Shown here in pieces: positions 10,072-18,400 of a DNA stretch of 64,000 bases. This stretch comes from an uncultured cyanobacterium. GTDB taxonomy: Bacteria > Cyanobacteriota > Cyanobacteriia > Cyanobacteriales > CAWCAG01. Position numbers and translations under genes: made by a program. The stretch lies in the NCBI GenBank assembly GCA_963793425.1, contig CAWCAG010000005.1:704001-768000 (forward strand), given 5' to 3'. The notes under the pieces were generated by a model. That model had not been told where the DNA came from and searched no databases. It worked only from the letters and a program-made list of their open reading frames with translations. Position 1 is the stretch's first letter. The number at the start of each line of letters is the position of its first letter.

Positions 10072-10383
10072 ATGACGACATATAGCCTTATTTATAAAAC
10101 GGTTCGTCAAATTCCGGTGGGTAAAGTTGCTACCTACGGACAAATAGCGGATTTAGCAGGACTTTCTGGTAAAGCGCGTGTAGTCGGATATGCCTTATTT
10201 CGGGTAGATACGGCTGCTGATGATATTCCTTGGCATCGAGTAGTTAATGCTAAAGGCGAAATTTCTTATTCCGACTTGCGCCAAGGTGGTGATTATTTAC
10301 AGAAGAATTTGTTGGAAGAAGAAGGTATTGAATTTGATGCTAAAAATAAAATCAATCTCAAACAATATCAATGGCGAAGGTAG
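10072..10383 (+). CDS. Alkyltransferase-like (ATL/YbaZ, MGMT family) DNA base-flipping protein
   Basis: IPVGKVATYGQIA and PWHRVV, with Trp in place of the catalytic Cys. Confidence 0.9.
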   Translation: MTTYSLIYKTVRQIPVGKVATYGQIADLAGLSGKARVVGYALFRVDTAADDIPWHRVVNAKGEISYSDLRQGGDYLQKNLLEEEGIEFDAKNKINLKQYQWRR

Positions 10384-10485
10384 GGAATAGGGAGTAGGGT
10401 TCGCGTAGCGTTGCCGTAGGCTACAGGGTTTGAAAACTTTATTCGGTCGATTTTATAGCGAGTTTATCTTAACCGGATTTGGTAT
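10381..10485. repeat. MITE-like remnant with STRR and a nested short dispersed repeat
   Basis: Ends in GGATTTGGTAT and resembles the element at 47837-47953; CGCGTAGCGTTGCCGTAGGCTAC lies between AGGGTT direct repeats. Confidence 0.55.
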
Positions 10486-10509
10486 CACTAGGGTTGATTG
10501 TTCTTTTTA

Positions 10510-10680
10510 TTAGGTAATCCCGATACCAAAACATTCTGTAAAAAGAGCTTGAGTTTGGACAAAAGCATCTTCCAAATTTTGGCGATCGCTCTCATCTCGT
10601 AGACCAAAATAGGGCCAGTGATCAATAAAACGACCAAAGAGTTTTTCGCAGTCTTCTCTGTACTTGGCGGTATCTAAGAA
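10510..10680 (-). pseudogene. 3' remnant of a glycine-rich-domain (GRDP/DUF1399-like) gene
   Basis: Start-less frame LDTAKYREDCEKLFGRFIDHWPYFGLRDESDRQNLEDAFVQTQALFTECFGIGIT*. Confidence 0.65.
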
Positions 10681-11072
10681 GCGAATAAAGCCTTTATCTC
10701 TGGTAAAAGTCGCTTCGGACGCATAGTTTTTGTATTGACAAATAAACCTTTTTGAACTCCTTGAGCAGCAAGTTTTTCTTCGTGATTATGAAAACGAAAC
10801 TGCATCACCGCAGAAGCATTTCTTAACTCCGATAACCATAATTGCACTTGAACGCCATTCCCTAAATATAAAGGTAATTTATAATCAATGCTAGTATGCA
10901 CCAAAACAGGAGCAAACCCTTGTTTCATGATTTCATGGGTAGGCATTCCTATGGCTTCCAATAGTTTAATTCTACCGATTTCCATCCACTGAATATAAAC
11001 AGAATTATTAACATGACCCATAAAATCAATTTGATAAGTATAAATATCTAAATCAAAAACAATTTTCTGCAT
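10674..11072 (-). CDS. Acyl-CoA thioesterase (4HBT/YbgC family)
   Basis: IDFMGHVNNSVY hotdog-fold motif. Confidence 0.9.
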   Translation of the reverse strand: MQKIVFDLDIYTYQIDFMGHVNNSVYIQWMEIGRIKLLEAIGMPTHEIMKQGFAPVLVHTSIDYKLPLYLGNGVQVQLWLSELRNASAVMQFRFHNHEEKLAAQGVQKGLFVNTKTMRPKRLLPEIKALFAS

Positions 11073-11105
11073 AGTTTAAGCTGTCACTTATTACTTATTA
11101 CTTAC

Positions 11106-11720
11106 CTAACCCCACACCCGACGCAAATTCAAGATAAAGCCCGGTAACACTTCCTCACCAGATAACCCAGCAGGATTCTCTAACACCTCTACCATTAATT
11201 CCGGGCGATAAATTTCCACTCGCCGATGCTGCGGATCTATCAACCAACCTAGTTTTGCTCCATTATCAATGTACTCTCTCATCTTACTTTGCAACGACTT
11301 GAGAGTATCGGAACTAGAACGTAACTCAATGACAAAATCGGGGCAAATATTAGCAAAAGTTCCTTTCTGTTCTATAGTAAGCCCGTCCCAACGTTCCTGG
11401 CTAACCCAAGAAGTATCAGGGGCGCGAATTGCACCATTGGGCAAAGTGAAGGCTGTGGAAGAGTCAAAAGCTTCACCCGGTTCCCCTGCATTACGCCACC
11501 ATAAATACAGTTCCCCAGACATACTCCAATTACGTCTTCCGGTTTCCCAGCCTGTTGGTGGATTCACAACTAACTCTCCTTGTGATGTCTTTTCTAGTCT
11601 TAAGTCTCGATTTACTACTGCTAAGGCTGCAAACTGTTCTTGGGTAACGTGCAGTTTAATCTCCTTGGGTAACTCAAGTGACAAGGTTTTAGTTTCAGTT
11701 TCAGGCTGTGTTTGTAGCAT
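11106..11720 (-). CDS. Uma2/DUF820 family endonuclease-like protein
   Basis: FTLPNGAIRAPD, CPDFVIELRS and LGWLIDP motifs. Confidence 0.93.
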   Translation of the reverse strand: MLQTQPETETKTLSLELPKEIKLHVTQEQFAALAVVNRDLRLEKTSQGELVVNPPTGWETGRRNWSMSGELYLWWRNAGEPGEAFDSSTAFTLPNGAIRAPDTSWVSQERWDGLTIEQKGTFANICPDFVIELRSSSDTLKSLQSKMREYIDNGAKLGWLIDPQHRRVEIYRPELMVEVLENPAGLSGEEVLPGFILNLRRVWG

Positions 11721-11839
11721 CTTGATATTTAGATAGGAGTGAGGGGAGATGGCGAAGTAATAAGTAATAAGTTAAGAATATACTATTCCCTATGGGGGTG
11801 ACTTGGTAACGCTGTAGATGTCAAATGTTAAATGATTAT

Positions 11840-13438
11840 CTATTTGCCTATTTTCTGCCGTATCCTTCTTACTAAAATATCTACTTCTGGTAACTTCAAA
11901 AAAGTAATCAAAACAGCAAAAACCAATAAAGCCGCTGTTGCCCCAGAAAGAAATTGTAAAACTAATAGCAGTAAATTATCGTCACCAAAAAACTTTTGAA
12001 AACCCCAACTAGTTCCCCAACTTGCTAAACCGGCTGTGGCGCTACACAGAGTTATATTCAATAAAGCTAAACCCCATTCTGCAAAAGGTAAACCGTTGAT
12101 CTTACGATTTAATGCCCATAAAAGTAGGGTCATAGAAACAACATTAACCCCGATAGTAGACATGATTAAACCTGGAGTTGCGAAAGCTTTAACTAAAAGA
12201 AAATCTAACAACCCGTTGAGGAAAATATTGAAGATACTAATACGAAAAGGAGTTTCTCCATCTCCTAAAGCGTAAAACACCCTCACCAAAACATCCCTCC
12301 CTAAATAAAAGAACATCCCTGCCCCATAAGTCATTAAAACGGGGGCCACAATTAAGGATGCTTCTTTATCAAAAGCAAAACGTTCATAAACAATACGAAC
12401 AATGGGAATTCCTAAAGAGATAAAAATTGCACTTAAAGGCAACATTGTTAGGGCAGTGAGGAGTAAGCCTTGACGAATGCGGATTTTTAAATCTGGCCAT
12501 TGTTCGGGGGAAGTAAGGCGAGAAAACACAGGCAACATGGGAACCAAAATCATGTTAGAAATGATTCCTAAAGGGGTTAACACAATCAGGTTGCCAAACT
12601 TCATTGCCGCAGCAGCACTTGGGATGTAGGATGCAAAAAAGAAGTCTGTGTAAACGTTGATGTGTAACATCCCGGAAGAAAGGGTTGCAGGCAACATCAC
12701 CTTCATCACCTCTTTCAACCCAGGAATACGCAAGTCAAAACGTAGCCGCAACCCTCCCAAACCAGAACGCAATTGGGCTAAGAGTTGCGCCAACCATTGT
12801 AAAATTGCCCCAACAAGGGTTCCTCCTGCTAGGATTAAGCCGCCAAACTCTGCATATTGAGGATCTGAGATTTGTTCCCCTAACTGAAAAGCTAATGCTC
12901 CCAAACCAAACATAATCGCTAAGCTAGAAAACAAAGGACTGACACTAGGCAACCAATATTGATCCGCAGCGTTGAGAGTACCAAAACCAATGCCAATTAA
13001 CCCCGCTAAAAGTGCCAGAGGGGCCATAATTTGTAATTGTTGAACGGCGATCGCCCGTACTTCCGCTTCTAAACCGGGGGCGAGGAGATCGATAAAAGTC
13101 CCGGCGAAGATAATTAGTACAACAGTAACAACTAAAAGAATCCCACTAACCAAAGTTGTTACCGCTTCTACTAAAGGCGCAGCTTCTGATTTATCTCGCT
13201 TAGCAAGGACACTAACTAAGGCACTATGGAAAGGGCCATTAATTCCTCCTAAAAGAATTAATAAAAATCCGGGAATCACATAGGCATAAACATAAGCATT
13301 AGCAACTGGCCCCACTCCAAATGCAGCCGCGATCGCTTGTTCCCGTACTAAACCGAAAACTTTACTAATCAAGGTGGCAACGGCGACAATACCCGCAATG
13401 CCAGCTAGGGAACGAGAGGTTTTTTTCTTGACAGACAC
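11840..13438 (-). CDS. murJ: Lipid II flippase MurJ (MviN)
   Basis: SKVFGLVRE, GGINGPFHSA; multi-pass membrane protein of 532 aa. Confidence 0.95.
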   Translation of the reverse strand: MSVKKKTSRSLAGIAGIVAVATLISKVFGLVREQAIAAAFGVGPVANAYVYAYVIPGFLLILLGGINGPFHSALVSVLAKRDKSEAAPLVEAVTTLVSGILLVVTVVLIIFAGTFIDLLAPGLEAEVRAIAVQQLQIMAPLALLAGLIGIGFGTLNAADQYWLPSVSPLFSSLAIMFGLGALAFQLGEQISDPQYAEFGGLILAGGTLVGAILQWLAQLLAQLRSGLGGLRLRFDLRIPGLKEVMKVMLPATLSSGMLHINVYTDFFFASYIPSAAAAMKFGNLIVLTPLGIISNMILVPMLPVFSRLTSPEQWPDLKIRIRQGLLLTALTMLPLSAIFISLGIPIVRIVYERFAFDKEASLIVAPVLMTYGAGMFFYLGRDVLVRVFYALGDGETPFRISIFNIFLNGLLDFLLVKAFATPGLIMSTIGVNVVSMTLLLWALNRKINGLPFAEWGLALLNITLCSATAGLASWGTSWGFQKFFGDDNLLLLVLQFLSGATAALLVFAVLITFLKLPEVDILVRRIRQKIGK

Positions 13439-13915
13439 AAATGGCTTAAAATAGGGAGATTAAAGTGCTTCAGTCTTATTTAACCGCGAATTGGTGAATA
13501 TGTAGAGATGTTTTTGGGTTAGGCACTCTTACAATAGTTTTTTCTGGTCGCCTTATCACCCCATGATTAATTTATCTCTACAACCAAAACTAAGCATATT
13601 CTAATTAACTCTCTCTAAACTAGGTTTTCAGGAAAGTGTGTTGCTTTTTACTTAGCCCTATTCGATAATTTCTGTAAAATGGGTACTAAGAACCTAATTT
13701 TTGTCTCGGTCAATTACTTCTAAGATTTATCTACTTTTCTCTGTTTAATGGGTGCAAATATTAAGCTTATCAGGCCTTAAAAAAAGTACTTTTGCAAAAG
13801 GTTACTAGTAACTGATGTGACCTGTTGCTGATTACATATAACCCAAACCCAAATGCCTAATAGCTTAAAAACTAACCTCTAATTTACCTAACATCCATTC
13901 TGAGAGAACTAACCC

Positions 13916-15118
13916 ATGATGACGGACTTGTTTTATAATGAACTTCCCTATTTAGATAATTTTATTGAGTTTACTGAATTAAATCGGTTTCGCTCTATTC
14001 CCCTTGATTGGTATATTGTGATTACCGATGTTATTGGCTCAACCAAAGCCATAGAAGCAGGCAAATATAAAGATGTTAATTATCTGGGTGCATCTTCTAT
14101 TGTTGCGGTTTTAAATATTGCTGATAAGTTAGAAATCCCTTTTGTTTTTGGAGGTGATGGGGCTTCTTTAGCTATACCTCCCTCCCTTTATCTGGCAACA
14201 AAAAAAGCTCTTTTAGGTTTGAGAAAATTAGCAAAAGAAGAGTATGATTTAGACCTGCGGGTAGGGGCAGTACCTATAGAAGAGGTTATCCGCGCAGGCT
14301 ACGAGGTTAAAATTGCTAAATGGCGAGTTTCAAAGAACTATTCTCAAGCTGTTTTTATTGGTGGTGGATTAACTTACGCCACAGAATTAATTAAAAGTTC
14401 TGTCAATTCCCATCTTTATCAATATTCTTGTTCTAATACAGACTTTTCCCATAATGAAGTTAGTTTAGAAGGGCTAGAATGTCGCTGGCAAGACATTTTC
14501 AGCAAATCAGGTGAAACCATTAGTTTGATTGTGCAAAGTACTGATAGAAATTTTGATTCATCTCACCAAGTTTATCGCAACTTCCTGAAGAAAGTATATA
14601 AACTATACGGCATCCAAAATGATTATCATCCTGTCACTAAAGAAACTTTGAATTTAAGTTTTAGCTACCGCAATTTACGTTCAGAGGTTAATAGTAGAAC
14701 CCAAGGGCAAGGTGGTTTACATAAAGGTTTGTGTTTTCTTAAATTAGCTTTTATTAATGCTCTGGGTTGGTTGTTAATGAAGTTTGAACCTCGGTTAGGA
14801 GATATGGACTGGGGTAAATATAAAGATATTTTGCTTGCTACCTCAGATTACCAAAAATTTGATGATATGTTGCGTATGGTTATTGCTAGTAATAGTAGCA
14901 AAAGAAAACAACTGGTTAAATATTTAGAAAAGCAATTCCGGGCAGGAAAGCTAGTTTACGGCATTCATAAATCAGATCGTGCCTTGATGACTTGTTTAGT
15001 GTTTGAACGTAATGGCAAACAAGTTCACTTCGTTGATGGGGCGGATGGTGGTTATACTTTAGCTGCTAAAGCAATGAAACAGAAAATCGAGAGTCAATCG
15101 CTGATGGCTAATTACTAA
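13916..15118 (+). CDS. DUF3095 family protein
   Basis: TDVIGSTKAIEAGKYKDVN, PFVFGGDGA, GLECRW, KFDDMLRMV and HFVDGADGGY motifs. Confidence 0.85.
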   Translation: MMTDLFYNELPYLDNFIEFTELNRFRSIPLDWYIVITDVIGSTKAIEAGKYKDVNYLGASSIVAVLNIADKLEIPFVFGGDGASLAIPPSLYLATKKALLGLRKLAKEEYDLDLRVGAVPIEEVIRAGYEVKIAKWRVSKNYSQAVFIGGGLTYATELIKSSVNSHLYQYSCSNTDFSHNEVSLEGLECRWQDIFSKSGETISLIVQSTDRNFDSSHQVYRNFLKKVYKLYGIQNDYHPVTKETLNLSFSYRNLRSEVNSRTQGQGGLHKGLCFLKLAFINALGWLLMKFEPRLGDMDWGKYKDILLATSDYQKFDDMLRMVIASNSSKRKQLVKYLEKQFRAGKLVYGIHKSDRALMTCLVFERNGKQVHFVDGADGGYTLAAKAMKQKIESQSLMANY

Positions 15119-15184
15119 AAGAAATAAGATGTCGCGATTATGTGCTTCAATACATCATTGTTGAACTTCTAATCTTTAGCCAAC

Positions 15185-15910
15185 TTGCTTTACCAATATC
15201 CTCCCTTGCTTCCTGGTGTCCTACTCCGCCGCTACAAACGCTTTCTTGCTGATATTGAACTAGCTTCAGGAGAAGTCATTACTGCCCACTGTGCCAACAC
15301 TGGCCCCATGACAGGTTTATGTAGCTCAGGAAGCCCTGTACAAGTATCCCGTAGCAACAACCCCAAACGAAAATTAGCTTATACTTGGGAACTGATTCAA
15401 GTTGAGGATAACGAACCAACTTGGGTTGGCATAAATACTGCCCTACCTAACCGAGTTATTAAGTTAGCATTAGAACAAAAACTATTCCCTAGTTTAGGGA
15501 AGGAATATAATAAGATTCGCCCGGAGTTTCCCTACGGTAAAGAAAAAAGTAGGGTTGATTTTCTATTAACAGGGGAATCTTCACAAAAGTCAATTTATTT
15601 AGAAGTTAAAAATACTACCTGGGCAAATAAAAGATTAGCTATCTTTCCTGATACGGTAACAACAAGAGGACAAAAACATTTGCGAGAACTCACCTCTTTA
15701 TTGCTGGAACATCGCTCTATAATTCTTTATTTTATTAATCGGGAAGATTGCACAACTTTTTCCCCTGGAGATTCAGTTGATCCTGAATACGGCAAGCTTC
15801 TACGCCAAGGGATAGATGCCGGGATAGAAGTTTTACCCTGTCGTTTTAAGGTAACGCCAGCGGGTATTGAATATTTAGGTCTAGCAAAATTGGTCATTAA
15901 GAAACTTTAA
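15185..15910 (+). CDS. sfsA: DNA/RNA nuclease SfsA
   Basis: RYKRFLAD, HCANTG, EVKN and FPDTVTTRGQKHL motifs. Confidence 0.95.
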   Translation: MLYQYPPLLPGVLLRRYKRFLADIELASGEVITAHCANTGPMTGLCSSGSPVQVSRSNNPKRKLAYTWELIQVEDNEPTWVGINTALPNRVIKLALEQKLFPSLGKEYNKIRPEFPYGKEKSRVDFLLTGESSQKSIYLEVKNTTWANKRLAIFPDTVTTRGQKHLRELTSLLLEHRSIILYFINREDCTTFSPGDSVDPEYGKLLRQGIDAGIEVLPCRFKVTPAGIEYLGLAKLVIKKL

Positions 15911-15961
15911 TAAATATTAAGTATAATTAATACTATTGAGACACCAAACTGTATAAACAAA

Positions 15962-16531
15962 ATGAAGAAACTAGCCCTATTTGCCAGTATTTTTAGCTTG
16001 GCAACCCTTGCTACTTTTCCTGCCGTAGCAGAAGTAAAAGCAGAGGAAGTAATTTCTCAAGCAACTCCCCAGGAAACTTCTACTCCCGTTGGCAATATTG
16101 TCCAAGTTGCCTCCAGTAACGATTCTTTTGATACCTTAGTGGCTGCGGTACAAGCTGCAAACTTAGTAGATACCCTTTCTAGTCCCGGTCCTTACACTGT
16201 TTTTGCTCCTACTGATGCCGCTTTCGCAGCCCTCCCTGAAGGCGCATTAGAAGTATTGCTTAAGCCTGAAAACAGAAACTTGCTTGTTAAAGTACTCAGC
16301 TATCATGTTGTCAGTGGGGAAGTAAAATCTACCCAGCTTAGAACTGGTAGGGTACAAACCCTTGGCGGTGGTATTGCTGTACGAGTTTCTCCTAATAGGG
16401 TAATCGTCAATGGCGGTAGTGTAGTTTTAGCTGATGTAGATGCTAGCAATGGAGTCGTCCATGCTATCAATACTGTCTTGATGCCCCGTAGTTTAAGGAA
16501 TCAAATTGTCAGCTTAGTTAATGCTCGTTGA
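15962..16531 (+). CDS. Secreted fasciclin (FAS1) domain protein
   Basis: Signal peptide; TVFAPTDAAF, YHVV and NGVVHAINTVL motifs. Confidence 0.92.
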   Translation: MKKLALFASIFSLATLATFPAVAEVKAEEVISQATPQETSTPVGNIVQVASSNDSFDTLVAAVQAANLVDTLSSPGPYTVFAPTDAAFAALPEGALEVLLKPENRNLLVKVLSYHVVSGEVKSTQLRTGRVQTLGGGIAVRVSPNRVIVNGGSVVLADVDASNGVVHAINTVLMPRSLRNQIVSLVNAR

Positions 16532-16635
16532 CATCCTTGAAAATGTTGTTCTGGGATGAGGCTCTTCTTGGGATTGGATTATGCCTTGCCCAAACATCAT
16601 CACAGCTATGATTGGAGTACTCTAGGTTTTTCGCA

Positions 16636-17799
16636 ATGGCTGAAAAAACTTACGGTTGGATAGAGCGATCGCTTTCCACAATCCATCAAGCTAATTGGTA
16701 TCGAACTGTTCGCCCCATTAAAGGTTGTACAGGGGCTATGGTGGAGTTAGAAGGACAATCAGTAATTAACTTTGCCAGTAATGATTACTTAGGGTTAGCA
16801 AGAGACAAAAGGCTGATAGAAGCTGCGGTGGCAGCAACCCAGGAATTTGGTACTGGTAGTACAGGTTCACGGTTACTAAGTGGACATCGGCAACTACATC
16901 AACAATTAGAAGAGGGAATCGCCTCTCTGAAACAAACAGAAGCCGCTTTAGTATTTAGTTCCGGCTATTTAGCCAACTTAGGAACCATCGTTGCTATAGT
17001 CGGGCAACGAGATTTAATTCTCAGCGATAACTATAACCACTCTAGTTTAAAAAACGGCGCTCTTTTAAGTGGGGCTAAGGTAATAGAATATAAACACTGC
17101 GATGTCCTTGACTTAAAAACCAAGCTGCAAGAACATCGCCATCAATATCGCCGTTGTTTAATTATCAGTGATAGCGTCTTCAGCATGGATGGGGACTTAT
17201 GCCCCCTACCAAAAATATTGAGTTTAGCAGAAGCCGAAAATTCTATGGTTTTGGTAGATGAGGCCCACGCCACAGGAGTCATGGGGGCAAGAGGGGCAGG
17301 TTGCGTAGAACATTTTGACTGCACAAACCACGAATTGATTCAGATTGGCACTTTAAGTAAAGCCTTGGGAAGTTTGGGAGGCTACGTAGCTGGTTCAGCG
17401 AATTTAATCGATTTTCTCAAAAATCGCGCCCCTAGCTGGATTTATACCACTGCCCTTTCTCCTGCCGATAGTGCTGCTGCCCTTGCTGCTATCAAAATTG
17501 TTCAAACAGAACCCCAACGCCGGAATAAATTATGGTGTAATGTCAAGCAATTAAAAGAAAACTTAACTCAAAACCCAAAATTTTCTCTCTTAGCTTCAGA
17601 TTCACCAATCATCTGCCTAGAATTAGCCAGTGCAACTCAAGCTTTAGCTCTGGCGAAAAAACTCCAAGAAAATGGCATTTTTGCCCCTGCCATTCGCCCT
17701 CCCACAGTACCAACTAGCCGCATTCGCTTTTCTTTGATGACAACCCATGCCCCAGAACATTTGCAGAAGTTGGTTACAGTTCTTAATCAGATAAAGTAG
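16636..17799 (+). CDS. bioF: 8-amino-7-oxononanoate synthase
   Basis: [29 protein letters not shown] and AIRPPTVP motifs; ATG at 16636 preferred. Confidence 0.93.
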   Translation: MAEKTYGWIERSLSTIHQANWYRTVRPIKGCTGAMVELEGQSVINFASNDYLGLARDKRLIEAAVAATQEFGTGSTGSRLLSGHRQLHQQLEEGIASLKQTEAALVFSSGYLANLGTIVAIVGQRDLILSDNYNHSSLKNGALLSGAKVIEYKHCDVLDLKTKLQEHRHQYRRCLIISDSVFSMDGDLCPLPKILSLAEAENSMVLVDEAHATGVMGARGAGCVEHFDCTNHELIQIGTLSKALGSLGGYVAGSANLIDFLKNRAPSWIYTTALSPADSAAALAAIKIVQTEPQRRNKLWCNVKQLKENLTQNPKFSLLASDSPIICLELASATQALALAKKLQENGIFAPAIRPPTVPTSRIRFSLMTTHAPEHLQKLVTVLNQIK

Positions 17800-17816
17800 T
17801 GAAAACGATCTAAAAG

Positions 17817-18275
17817 TTATTCGTCATCCAGATACTTCGACTCAAGTTCCTCTTTCTCTCGCTTAAAACTTTCTTCCAATTCCTGCATTTGTTCTTCACG
17901 GGTTTCTATTTCCAAGAGACGGCGAGTTAAATCTTGGTTTTTCAAGGTTAATTCCTGCCGCCATTCTTCAATCTTGGTTTTCTCTGCTTCCATTGAGCCA
18001 GAAGAGGCTGTATTATTGCCAAGAAATTGATTTACTAAACCTAAAACCCAATCTTGCGCTTCTTCAGCGCTAATAATTGTTCCATCCTCTTTTAGATCCA
18101 CCAATACCAAATTACCTTCCCCTATCATAGGCCCTTCGGTAAGACTTTCTTCTAAAAGACTAACTGGTTTTTCATCGCCCAATGACCATTTACCATCAGC
18201 TTCCTGACGAGCAAGAATTTGTAATTCCATCTTGCCTGAAATGGTATTTTTTTGCACTTTTGCTAGGTGTAACAT
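17817..18275 (-). CDS. Conserved cyanobacterial coiled-coil protein resembling the HmpF N-terminus
   Basis: MLHLAKVQK...LQILARQ start and IEEWRQELTLKNQDLTRR coiled coil. Confidence 0.6.
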   Translation of the reverse strand: MLHLAKVQKNTISGKMELQILARQEADGKWSLGDEKPVSLLEESLTEGPMIGEGNLVLVDLKEDGTIISAEEAQDWVLGLVNQFLGNNTASSGSMEAEKTKIEEWRQELTLKNQDLTRRLLEIETREEQMQELEESFKREKEELESKYLDDE

Positions 18276-18400
18276 TTAATTTGTCAGTGGTCAGTGGTCA
18301 GTGGGTTAGAGGCTGTGAGTTAAGCATTTTGAGCTTATAAATGAGCGGAATAGCAAGTTTAAACCGACAACCTGTAACCTGCAAATAGTGACAAAAAATT

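Noticed and set aside
11106..11720. Uma2 gene as a defence nuclease partnered with the NACHT gene
   Set aside because: Uma2 paralogs are abundant and scattered in cyanobacteria; this one is on the opposite strand with unrelated genes in between.
11269..11736. 155-aa antisense ORF and many similar shadow ORFs inside fusA, tuf, valS, psbA and iaaA
   Set aside because: These are antisense or alternate-frame by-products of real genes, with no motifs.
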